Source of the DNA: Candidatus Altimarinota bacterium
GTDB taxonomy: Bacteria; Patescibacteriota; Gracilibacteria; CAIRYL01
Assembly: GCA_965250085.1 (NCBI GenBank)
Contig: OZ252287.1
Location: forward strand, 1,024,001 to 1,088,000
Length of the DNA stretch: 64,000 nt
Reading direction: 5' to 3'
Shown here: positions 40,864 through 49,592 of the stretch, one piece after another
Numbering within the stretch: the first letter of the stretch is position 1
Layout: each line of letters opens with the position of its first letter
Made by a program: the position numbers and the translations under genes
The notes under the pieces: generated by a model
The model's input: only the letters and a program-made list of their open reading frames with translations
The model's database searches: none
Told to the model about the DNA's origin: nothing

Positions 40864-42147
40864 ATGCAAACCACCCAAAAAACACTTCCCAAGTCCCAAA
40901 TACTTCTGACCGTAGAACTCGAAGATGCCGAATGGAAAAAGTATCGAGATCAAGCAGTTCGCAAACTGGGAGAAAAAGCAGAATTTTCGGGATTCCGAAA
41001 AGGACATGTTCCGGAAAAAGTGTTACTCGAAAAACTTGGAGAACATGCCATCCTTGCTGAAGCAATGGACTTGGCGCTTCCTCAGACGTATATGGATGCG
41101 GTAAAAACAGAGGATATCCATCCTATTGCTCATCCAGACATCAAGCTTCTTTCAGAATCTCCTTTTCGATATGAAGCTACCATTTCTATCATGCCAGAGG
41201 TGGAGCTAAAGCCGCTGAAAATGAAGCTTCAGAAAGAAAAATTTACTGTGACTGAAAAAGAAATTGAGCAAATGATCGTGCAATTTCAAAATCAGCTTGC
41301 AGAGAAAAAAGAAGTAGATCGTGCAATAAGAAAAGGAGACACTGCTCTTGTTGATTTTGAAGGCTTTGATACTGATGGCGTTTCTCTCGAAGGCACTCAA
41401 AGTAAAAACCATCCGGTAGAAATTGGATCAAAAATGATGATTCCCGGATTTGAAGAAGAATTGATAGGACTCAAAAAAGGAGAAACGAAGTCTTTTGAAG
41501 TCACCTTTCCCAAGGACTATCAAGCTGCGCGCATGGCAGGAAAGAAGGTGCGTTTTGAAATCGCTGTTCACGCAGTAGAAGAAAAAGTTCTGCCAAAGGT
41601 AGATGAAGACTTTGTCAAAAACCTTACCGGCAAGAAAAAGCCAGTTTCTGGACTTAAAAAAGAGATCAAAGAAGCTCTCTTAGAAAAAAAACAAAATGAG
41701 CAAAGAAAAGAGCACGAAAATCAACTTTTGGATGCTGTATTTATTTCTACAATAGTAGATATGCCAGAAATACTTATTGATGAAGAAGTCAATTATTTGC
41801 TCGACAATATTAAAATGCAAGGGCTGCAACAAGGAATCACTTGGGAAAATCATTTGATGCATCTCAAAAAATCGGAAGAAGATCTCAAAAAAGAGCTTCG
41901 ATCACAAGCAGAAAAACAAAGTACCACTCGACTGGGGATCCAGAAATTTATCGCAGAGGAAGGCAAAAAAATCTCTGATACAGACATTCAAAAAGAAGTA
42001 AATTTGCTCCTCCAACGAACACCTGAAGAAAAACAAGCAGAGCAAAAGCAGAAGTTGCAAAAGGGTGCTGAAGGATGGAAAAATATTGAAAACAAGATAA
42101 AAGTGCAGAAATGGATGGATGAGAAGATCTCGGAACATGAATCATGA
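40864..42147 (+). CDS. tig: Trigger factor
   Basis: GFRKGHVP ribosome-binding motif, MIPGFEEELIG, VTFPKDY. Confidence 0.96.
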   Translation: MQTTQKTLPKSQILLTVELEDAEWKKYRDQAVRKLGEKAEFSGFRKGHVPEKVLLEKLGEHAILAEAMDLALPQTYMDAVKTEDIHPIAHPDIKLLSESPFRYEATISIMPEVELKPLKMKLQKEKFTVTEKEIEQMIVQFQNQLAEKKEVDRAIRKGDTALVDFEGFDTDGVSLEGTQSKNHPVEIGSKMMIPGFEEELIGLKKGETKSFEVTFPKDYQAARMAGKKVRFEIAVHAVEEKVLPKVDEDFVKNLTGKKKPVSGLKKEIKEALLEKKQNEQRKEHENQLLDAVFISTIVDMPEILIDEEVNYLLDNIKMQGLQQGITWENHLMHLKKSEEDLKKELRSQAEKQSTTRLGIQKFIAEEGKKISDTDIQKEVNLLLQRTPEEKQAEQKQKLQKGAEGWKNIENKIKVQKWMDEKISEHES

Positions 42148-42711
42148 ATTAAGAACACCGTCCTTTGTCGAATATTCTTTTGTGCTCAGAATCGTCATCA
42201 CTCGAAGAGTTCCTGGATCAAGAGGGTCGCTCCATTTTCTCGTGTGAGCATCGCGATAATCAATCTTAAAGCAGTATGTTTCTTCATGCACATGCACGAT
42301 ACCAATACGATGTTCTCTTGAGGGATCATCTTGTAATGTAAAATTGTCAAAATCTGCGACCGCTTGCAGGATATCATAGCAGTGGAGAGCAGCTTTTACT
42401 TGAGGACTGCATTTGAGCTGAGTTCTGGTAGGAATAATGAATATATTTTTTCGGAAAGAATCATTCTTTCGTACTATCTGCTCTCGTTGAGATTTTTCTT
42501 CTGGAACATTTATATCATTCTGGTTTTTTTCAAGTGCATGAGTAAGAACATCACGTATACGCCTGATTTGATCAAGCATGCTCTGTATTTTATGAATGCT
42601 TCCGCCTTCCTTCATTTCTTCAAGAGTGAATTTGAGTACCGTGAGTGGGTCTTTGATCTGACTATCAAGATCGAGTAACATTTTCTGATATGCAGAAGAA
42701 AGAGGATCCAT
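42142..42711 (-). CDS. DUF3768-like domain protein
   Basis: C-terminal FDNFT..DDP..EH..G...FKIDY.D.....SDP.DP.T.RVMTI....EY pattern. Confidence 0.7.
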   Translation of the reverse strand: MDPLSSAYQKMLLDLDSQIKDPLTVLKFTLEEMKEGGSIHKIQSMLDQIRRIRDVLTHALEKNQNDINVPEEKSQREQIVRKNDSFRKNIFIIPTRTQLKCSPQVKAALHCYDILQAVADFDNFTLQDDPSREHRIGIVHVHEETYCFKIDYRDAHTRKWSDPLDPGTLRVMTILSTKEYSTKDGVLNS

Positions 42712-42997
42712 AAAAATTTCTTATTATTGATTCCCTTAAGGATATCAGAAAAACCCTTGAAAGTAAATATTTTTATAAATAAAAAGAATAAAATGTTTAT
42801 AAAACATTAATATTCACCAATATTCTATTTATTAAATAAATATTAAATTCTACACTTTCTCTCAGTATATTCAGCAATATAGATACTTTTTATCATGAAT
42901 ATTTATATGTATTTGTACTGAAGAAAAATGAATTGATAGTGGGTTATAAATACACATAGCATACAAATAAATTCTTATGCTTCCTTTTTTATTGTCA

Positions 42998-43396
42998 ATG
43001 ATTGATGTCGAGCAAGTTCGGTCCAAAATCGGTCATCTGGTGCAAAAGATGTCGATCTCAAAAACAAAACTCGGAGAAATCCTGGGAGGAAAACCAAAAG
43101 ATGATCCAAGAGTCAAAATTAATAGAGCGAGCAGATTTCTTTCTGGAGCGAAGAAAAATATTTCTCTTCAGGAAGTGAATCGTCTCGCAGAGTTTTTTGA
43201 CCGCCCCGTAGAATGGCTTTTGTTTGATGAATCATATGTACTCTCTTCCCCAAACAAAAAGACATCTCATTCAGAAAAACCCATTGAACAAGTAGCGCAA
43301 AACTTACGAGAAATGGGATTTGATGAAGATTTTATCTCTGCTCAGATGACACAACTCAAAGCAATGAAGGTGTATAATTCTCAGGAAAACAAATGA
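42998..43396 (+). CDS. XRE-family HTH transcriptional regulator
   Basis: ISKTKLGEILG..ASRFLSG..ISLQEVNRLAEFFDRPVEWLL. Confidence 0.75.
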   Translation: MIDVEQVRSKIGHLVQKMSISKTKLGEILGGKPKDDPRVKINRASRFLSGAKKNISLQEVNRLAEFFDRPVEWLLFDESYVLSSPNKKTSHSEKPIEQVAQNLREMGFDEDFISAQMTQLKAMKVYNSQENK

Positions 43397-44091
43397 CAAA
43401 ACTCAAATTTGTAAGTCAATTTCGAGAGCTTCCGAACGAGCAGAAGCCTCGAGAGAAGCTTTCTTTATATGGTCCCTCGGCACTTAATCTATGGGAATTA
43501 GTTGCTCTCATTTTACGGACAGGGACACGATCAAAGAATCACACAGAAGATGTAATGCAACTCTCCAGACGAGTCTTGAAAGACTCAGGTTTTAAGGGGC
43601 TTTTTACCCAAAAGGATGTAGCGGATGTTAAAGAAAACTTTGGCGTGTATAAAAGTCACGCAGAGATAGTAGTAGCAATTTCCGAAATCTGCAGGCGACT
43701 TCATGGTAAGTATGATACTTTTGATGCTTCAGAACCAAGTAAAGTCTTCCATCGTTTCAGGTTTCTTCAAAAAGCAAAACAAGAGCAATGTCATGTTCTC
43801 CATTTAAATCATAAGAAACGATGCACATATCAGGAGATCGTAGCGATCGGCTCTCGGGATACCGTCCAGGTGTATCCGACAGATGTTCTTCGCACGCCTA
43901 TCTGGATCGGAACGCAAGAGGTTATTGTAGTACACAATCACCCAGGTGAATCTCAAGCCAGCAAGGAAGATGTTGCTTGGACACTTGCTCTTTCTCAGGG
44001 AGCCTACCAGCTCCATCAGATTAATATTGTAGATCATGTCATCATAGGAGCAGACGGATATTTTTCTTTTTTAGAAAAAGGGCTTCTCTAG
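43393..44091 (+). CDS. radC: RadC family JAB-domain protein
   Basis: KPREKL..GPSAL..ELVALILRTG, VVHNHPG..S.ED, DHVIIG..YFSF. Confidence 0.92.
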   Translation: MTKLKFVSQFRELPNEQKPREKLSLYGPSALNLWELVALILRTGTRSKNHTEDVMQLSRRVLKDSGFKGLFTQKDVADVKENFGVYKSHAEIVVAISEICRRLHGKYDTFDASEPSKVFHRFRFLQKAKQEQCHVLHLNHKKRCTYQEIVAIGSRDTVQVYPTDVLRTPIWIGTQEVIVVHNHPGESQASKEDVAWTLALSQGAYQLHQINIVDHVIIGADGYFSFLEKGLL

Positions 44092-44195
44092 AAAAAGATC
44101 GAATCCTCAGATATTTTTTATTCATAATTTAAAATTTAGAATTCAATATTCAATTTTTTTCTGCTACTCTGGCGGTGATTTTTCCCTTTTGCACT

Positions 44196-45002
44196 ATGAA
44201 TAAGTATTCCTTTTTTGTGCCCCTGATTTTGATTTCTGGTTTGATATTTTCAGCATGTGGACGTGTTGACCCGCCAGAAGTAACCGACGACGAAAACACT
44301 ATTCTTCTCACAGAAGAAGCAAAAACCCCAGAAGAAACTGAAAACGATGTCATATCTGAAACAGAAGAAGAATCGACAGAAGATGCTGAAGATACCAGAA
44401 GCCTGACTTTGATCGAATGCGAAGAAGAAAAAGACACTCTTTCTGAAGCACTTGAAGTCAACACAGAAGCACTCAGAGGATGCGAGGGAGAGAAGAAGAC
44501 TTTTTCAGAAAGACTTCTCACTCTTACTGAAACCAATACGCAAGACGGTAGATATAAGCGATTTTTGGAGTTTTATCTGGAGAATAACACACCAAATGAA
44601 TACCCCTTCCCGAAATGTGGAGCTGTTGCCAGCTTTACTTCTGAATCCTGGTATTCAGCGTTTGAAACGGCACTCACAAATGCTGCAATCCCGTTTGGAA
44701 GAAGCACTGTGTCATCTAAGGATCTTACTGGCGGATGTGCATCTTCTGAAGGTCGAATTGCATTTTTTTTAGGAGCAGAAAACGAGGTACTCTCTGAATT
44801 TCATTTGATTCGATATAACCTCGATACAGATACTCTTGAAGAAGCACTGCTTGTTGATGGAAGCTGTGAAACATGCCCCAACCAGCTTGGAAAACGATTT
44901 GGACCAGTGCTTGTTTTGAGCGGTCAAGATGGAGCAAGTACTGTCGAATATGAATATTATTACGATGATAATATACTCAAGCAAAAAGAAAACGCTTTAT
45001 AG
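44196..45002 (+). CDS. Putative lipoprotein
   Basis: Signal peptide with lipobox LIFSAC, acidic linker, paired cysteines. Confidence 0.75.
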   Translation: MNKYSFFVPLILISGLIFSACGRVDPPEVTDDENTILLTEEAKTPEETENDVISETEEESTEDAEDTRSLTLIECEEEKDTLSEALEVNTEALRGCEGEKKTFSERLLTLTETNTQDGRYKRFLEFYLENNTPNEYPFPKCGAVASFTSESWYSAFETALTNAAIPFGRSTVSSKDLTGGCASSEGRIAFFLGAENEVLSEFHLIRYNLDTDTLEEALLVDGSCETCPNQLGKRFGPVLVLSGQDGASTVEYEYYYDDNILKQKENAL

Positions 45003-45029
45003 TACTCATATTCTTGACACACAGACCGT

Positions 45030-45263
45030 ATGAATATCTTCTGGGGAATAGTAGGAATCATTCTTTCGTATCTCCTCATTCGATATCGAGGAAGAGTGTA
45101 TCAATTTACGGGGTCTTGGGGACTGGCTGAACGATTTTTGGGAAGGGGCGGAACAGCTACCGCAATTGTTCTTTTGGGCATTTTTATTTTCTTAACCTCT
45201 GTGACTCTCATGACAGGAAAGATGGACAGGATTCTTGGAGGGACCATAGGGCGGATATTTTAA
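45030..45263 (+). CDS. Small membrane protein
   Basis: 77 aa, two TM helices, FTGSWGLAERFLGRGGT. Confidence 0.7.
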   Translation: MNIFWGIVGIILSYLLIRYRGRVYQFTGSWGLAERFLGRGGTATAIVLLGIFIFLTSVTLMTGKMDRILGGTIGRIF

Positions 45264-45265
45264 GG

Positions 45266-45378
45266 AATTTTGTAATTTTTAATTCTTAATTTTTAAAAGA
45301 AATTACAAAGTCCAATGTTTAAAAATTGGAATTTAAAAATTATTTATAAAATTACAAAATTTAAAATTATAAAATTTA
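45266..45378. repeat. AT-rich degenerate heptamer-like repeats in two opposing blocks
   Basis: aattttgtaatttttaattcttaattttt... then ...aaaattacaaaatttaaaattataaaattt. Confidence 0.55.
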
Positions 45379-45384
45379 CCCCAT

Positions 45385-46518
45385 ATGACATTTCTTTTCT
45401 CTCGTGATCAGCTCGAAGAAAGAGAGCTCAAAATGCTCCCTTCATACGCTCTGTGCAATAGAGAAAGCAAAGGGAGAGATTTTTTAGAGACACCTTCTTC
45501 CTCGCGGCTTGATTTTCAGCGGGATCGGGATCGGGTGCTCCACTCTAAAGCATTTCGAAGACTCAAAGGCAAGACACAAGTATTTGTTTCTCATCATGGA
45601 GATCATTTTCGCTCCCGGCTGACACATACTCTCGAAGTTGCTCAAATTGCGCGTTCTCTTGCACGCACACTCAAGTGCAATGAAGACCTTGCCGAGACGA
45701 TAGCCCTCGCCCATGATCTTGGGCACACTCCTTTTGGACATTCTGGAGAAGAGGCAATGCGAGACCTGATGCATCGATACGGAGAAATATTTGAACACAA
45801 TGCTCAGAGCAGGCGTATTGTCGAAAAGCTTGAAAAACGATCTTCAGACTATAATGGGCTCAATCTTACATTTGAGAGTCGTGAAGGGCTCTGGAAGCAT
45901 GTTTCTCCACACGATAAGCAACTTCACAAGCTTTCAGAAAACTCTTTTCTCGAAGCACAAATTGTGGATGCAGCAGATCAAATTGCCTATCAAAACCATG
46001 ATATCGATGATGGACTCAGAAGCGGTATTATCTCACTGGAAGAAATGGAAAAACTGGAAATCTGGAAACAAGCATCTGAAGGAGTAAAAAATAATTCTCC
46101 AGAAGAAATTAGAGTTTTTCGCAGCATTTCCTCACTGATAAACCTCATGGTGACAGACCTAGAAAAAGAAACAGAAAAAAGACTTTCAGAACTTGACCCT
46201 AAATCTCCAGACGACATTCGCAATACCGATCAAAAAGTAGTGGCCTTCTCTCTGGGCATGGAAGAGATGAATCATCACTTGAGGCATTTTCTTTACTCCA
46301 AGCTGTATAGAAGCGAAGAAGTTATGAAACAAAGTACTCATGGACAAGAGACAGTCAAAAAACTCTTTTTTCACCTTATGGATCATCCCGAAGATCTCCC
46401 GAAAAATCACAGGGCACATATTGATGCAGGAGAAAAACCAGAGGTAGTAGTGAAGGATTTTATTGCCGGTATGACGGACTCTTTTGCACTCGAAATGGTG
46501 GAATCAATTGGCAATTAA
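45385..46518 (+). CDS. dgt: dNTP triphosphohydrolase (HD domain)
   Basis: FQRDRDRVLHSKAFRRLKGKTQV, RLTHTLEV, HDLGHTPFGHSGE, DFIAGMTD. Confidence 0.96.
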   Translation: MTFLFSRDQLEERELKMLPSYALCNRESKGRDFLETPSSSRLDFQRDRDRVLHSKAFRRLKGKTQVFVSHHGDHFRSRLTHTLEVAQIARSLARTLKCNEDLAETIALAHDLGHTPFGHSGEEAMRDLMHRYGEIFEHNAQSRRIVEKLEKRSSDYNGLNLTFESREGLWKHVSPHDKQLHKLSENSFLEAQIVDAADQIAYQNHDIDDGLRSGIISLEEMEKLEIWKQASEGVKNNSPEEIRVFRSISSLINLMVTDLEKETEKRLSELDPKSPDDIRNTDQKVVAFSLGMEEMNHHLRHFLYSKLYRSEEVMKQSTHGQETVKKLFFHLMDHPEDLPKNHRAHIDAGEKPEVVVKDFIAGMTDSFALEMVESIGN

Positions 46519-46565
46519 CAATGTACAATGAGCAATTTTCAATTAACAATGCACAATGTTCAATT
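46519..46565. repeat. Heptamer tandem repeat (CAATGTA-like)
   Basis: caatgta caatgag caatttt caattaa caatgca caatgtt caatt. Confidence 0.8.
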
Positions 46566-46571
46566 ATTTTT

Positions 46572-47281
46572 GGCTCTTGAGTAGAATAATTACTTCAATT
46601 ATTCTCTTAACATGCTTAAACACAGTAAAATATCGAATTATAAGATCAAAAAAATATTGAAGTGTTTTTGTGAAGATCTCAATGCATCAAAAACAGCAAA
46701 TATTCTAGATCTCAATCGGAGAACGGTTGATCGATATTTTAATATTTTTAGAGAAAAGATTGCAAAGTTCTCTTTAGCACAGTCAAAGAGTTTTGGAGAA
46801 TTTGAACTTGATGAAAGTTACTTTGGAGCAAAGAGAATGAGAGGAAAGAGAGGAAGAGGAGCCGCAGGAAAGACTCCTGTCTTTGGAATCCTTCAAAGAG
46901 AAGGAAGGGTATTTGTTTCTATTGTAAAAGATTGCTCCAGAAAAGAGCTCCTACCTATTATTCAAGGAAAAATACTAGAAGGATCAACTATTCATACTGA
47001 TGGATGGAGAGCTTATGATGGACTCATTCTCAATGGATATGATCACTATCGTATTCATCACTCAGAAAATGAATTTGCACGAGGAAAATGTCATGTAAAT
47101 GGTATTGAATCCTTTTGGTCTTTTGCGAAAAGAAGACTCTCTAAGTTTAACGGAATTGCTTCTCACAAGTTTAACTTTCACCTCAAAGAATGTGAGTGGC
47201 GATGGAACTATAAAGATCAAGATATTTTTGTTATAATGTCCAAAATTATCAGAGATTTTTAAAATCTCCTACTCTAGAGCC
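46572..47281 (+). mobile_element. IS1595-family (IS1016-like) insertion sequence, 710 bp
   Basis: Terminal inverted repeats GGCTCTTGAGTAG / CTACTCTAGAGCC; 8-bp target duplication TTATTTTT at 46564-46571 and 47282-47289. Confidence 0.93.
46612..47262 (+). CDS. IS1595-family transposase
   Basis: N-terminal HTH; ELDESYFG, RGRGAAGKTPVFG, HTDG, NGIESFWS, HLKECEWR. Confidence 0.95.
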   Translation: MLKHSKISNYKIKKILKCFCEDLNASKTANILDLNRRTVDRYFNIFREKIAKFSLAQSKSFGEFELDESYFGAKRMRGKRGRGAAGKTPVFGILQREGRVFVSIVKDCSRKELLPIIQGKILEGSTIHTDGWRAYDGLILNGYDHYRIHHSENEFARGKCHVNGIESFWSFAKRRLSKFNGIASHKFNFHLKECEWRWNYKDQDIFVIMSKIIRDF

Positions 47282-47292
47282 TTATTTTTTTA

Positions 47293-47328
47293 TTCCCCTC
47301 TTTTATAAAGAGGGGTCAGGGGAGATTT
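47293..47328. repeat. Tail-hairpin element, left flank of the DUF559 gene
   Basis: TTCCCCTCTTTTATAAAGAGGGG-TCAGGGGAGATTT; nearly identical to 25060-25096. Confidence 0.88.
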
Positions 47329-47340
47329 CAAGCTTTCAGA

Positions 47341-48117
47341 ATGCTGAATTACAAAAAACATCTCAAAAAATTCTCTCAGATACTCCGTACACAAATGACA
47401 GAGGAAGAGCGAATATTATGGTTAAAAATACGAAAGAAACAAGTTCTTGGACTTCAGTTTTATCGTCAAAAGCCAATAGGAAAGTTTATTGTTGATTTTT
47501 ACTGTCCTCAAATAAAACTTGTGATTGAAGTGGATGGATCACAGCATTATGAAGAAGAAGGTGAGCAGAAGGATAAAGATCGCGATAGATATCTTCAGTC
47601 CTCAGGACTCCGAGTTCTTCGTTTTTCGAACTATGATATTCGAAGTAGCCTCGAAAATGTTGTCGATCATATTTATAATATTGCAGAGAAACATAAGAAA
47701 AAATCCCCCTCTTATCCCCCTTTTGCAAAGTGGGAGGGAAACACTATGAAATTCACTGGCACCACCATTACCGGCGCAGGCAGAGGAAAGAAACTTGGTT
47801 TTCCTACTCTCAATATCAAACTCTCTTCTGAGGAATATGAAGAAGGGGTTTTTGCGGTACGAGGAGAATTAAACGGAAAAAGCTTCGAAGGCGTAGCTCA
47901 TTTTGGTTCTCGTCCTACGTTTGAAGACACAAATCTTAGTGTAGAGATTCATATCTTTGATTTTGCACAGAACGTGAAAGAGGGGAATGAGATGGAGTTT
48001 GAGACGGTGGGAGAGAGAATTCGAGACGTGAGAAAGTTTGATTTGCAAGAAGAACTTCAAAATCAGATACAAAGAGATATCCAGAAAGCAAAAAAACTCT
48101 TGGGCATCTATAAATAA
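47341..48117 (+). CDS. DUF559 (Vsr-like) endonuclease read in frame into a standalone riboflavin kinase (own ATG at 47746)
   Basis: LRTQMTEEERILW..FYRQKPIGKFIVDFYC..LVIEVDGSQH..RD..LRVLRFSN; then GAGRGKKLGFPTLN..GSRPTF..VEIHIFDF..IRDVRKF. Confidence 0.88.
   Translation: MLNYKKHLKKFSQILRTQMTEEERILWLKIRKKQVLGLQFYRQKPIGKFIVDFYCPQIKLVIEVDGSQHYEEEGEQKDKDRDRYLQSSGLRVLRFSNYDIRSSLENVVDHIYNIAEKHKKKSPSYPPFAKWEGNTMKFTGTTITGAGRGKKLGFPTLNIKLSSEEYEEGVFAVRGELNGKSFEGVAHFGSRPTFEDTNLSVEIHIFDFAQNVKEGNEMEFETVGERIRDVRKFDLQEELQNQIQRDIQKAKKLLGIYK
47701..47739. repeat. Tail-hairpin element, right flank of DUF559 (encodes the linker KSPSYPPFAKWEG)
   Basis: AAATCCCCCTCTTA-TCCCCCTTTTGCAAAGTGGGAG; inverted relative to the 47293 copy. 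Confidence 0.85.
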
Positions 48118-48123
48118 TAAAAT

Positions 48124-49437
48124 TTATTCAGCAGTTAGTCCTTCTGTAATACCTCGTACTTCAAATTGAGAACACAATTCACCAACACGTGCCTTAATTT
48201 GATCAATATTTTCACCTTGTGCCATTACTATTTGATTCATCATTTGAGCTATCTCTGTCATATGTTCCTCCTGCATCCCCATTGAGGTTACAACTGATGT
48301 ACCGACCCGCAACCCACTTGTTTTGAATGGGCTTCGCTGATCACCAGGCACTGTATTTGCATTTGCAAAAATACCAGCCTCTTCCAGCCAACGCTCTACA
48401 TCTTTTCCGGTAAAGTCTTTTTCTCTCAGATCTGCAAGAATCAAATGAGTATCAGTTCCTCCGCTCACCAGTTTCCAGTCATGGTGCAATAAAGCTTCAG
48501 CGAGTGCTTTTGCATTTGCTTTTACCTGACGTATATATTCCTTAAATTCCGGTTGAAGGGCTTCTCCAAATGCAACAGCTTTTGCTAAAATTGTATTTAC
48601 ATGAGGTCCACCCTGAAGTCCTGGGAAGACTTCGGAGTCAATCATTTGCGCAAGATTCTTCCTCTTCTTTTTACCCGTTACTGGATGATGCTGAGGGTAT
48701 GAATCTTCTTTTTTAGACATTATCATTCCACCACGTGGCCCTCTCATAGTTTTGTGTGTGGTGGTAGATACCACATCTGCGTATTGAACAGGATTTGGAT
48801 GTTCTTTTGCCGCAATAAGCCCCAAAATATGTGCAGGATCTACTACCAAATATGCGCGTATCTTTTGTGCAATTTCAGCAAATGGAGCGTAGTCAATTGC
48901 ACGAGGGTACGCACTTGCTCCCACAAGGATCATTTTTGGATTATGTTCCTTTGCGAGTTTGGCAACACTATCAATATCGATCAAACCGGTATCAATATCT
49001 ACTCCATATGATTTTTGATCATAATCTTTTCCGGAAAAACTGGCTGGATGCCCGTGGGTCAAATGTCCACCATGTTTCAAATCCATTCCAAGAAAAGTAT
49101 CTCCAGGATTCAGTAAAGCTCTATAAACCACATTATTTGATGGAGACCCAGAATTTGGCTGTACATTCACATGTTCTGCTTCAAATAATTGTTTTGCTCT
49201 GTCAATTGCAAGTTGTTCGATTTTATCAATTGTAGTCAATCCGCCATAGTATCTGCGACCAGGATATCCTTCTGCATATCGATTCATTGAAGGAGAAGAC
49301 ATTGCTTCTCTTATGGCATGAGATACAAGATTTTCTGAAGCAGTAAGCCTGATGACACCTACTTGATTTCTTTCTTCCTCTTCATTAAGACGAAAAGCCT
49401 CGGGATCAGCTACTTCCAAATGGGAATATTCACTCAT
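48124..49437 (-). CDS. glyA: Serine hydroxymethyltransferase, second paralog
   Basis: LTASEN, YAEGYPGRRYYGG, GGHLTHG, STTTHKTMRGPRGG. Confidence 0.96.
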   Translation of the reverse strand: MSEYSHLEVADPEAFRLNEEEERNQVGVIRLTASENLVSHAIREAMSSPSMNRYAEGYPGRRYYGGLTTIDKIEQLAIDRAKQLFEAEHVNVQPNSGSPSNNVVYRALLNPGDTFLGMDLKHGGHLTHGHPASFSGKDYDQKSYGVDIDTGLIDIDSVAKLAKEHNPKMILVGASAYPRAIDYAPFAEIAQKIRAYLVVDPAHILGLIAAKEHPNPVQYADVVSTTTHKTMRGPRGGMIMSKKEDSYPQHHPVTGKKKRKNLAQMIDSEVFPGLQGGPHVNTILAKAVAFGEALQPEFKEYIRQVKANAKALAEALLHHDWKLVSGGTDTHLILADLREKDFTGKDVERWLEEAGIFANANTVPGDQRSPFKTSGLRVGTSVVTSMGMQEEHMTEIAQMMNQIVMAQGENIDQIKARVGELCSQFEVRGITEGLTAE

Positions 49438-49592
49438 GAACAAGAAAGGATAAAACTGTAATAATACAAATGCCTTTTTACACCAACATTTCCTTTTATG
49501 CAATATTGTTTTGTAGTGAATATGTATACATATTGCCTAGAGCTTTCCACTTTTTCCTTCCTCGGTTACAATTTCCACCGATTATTTTATCT

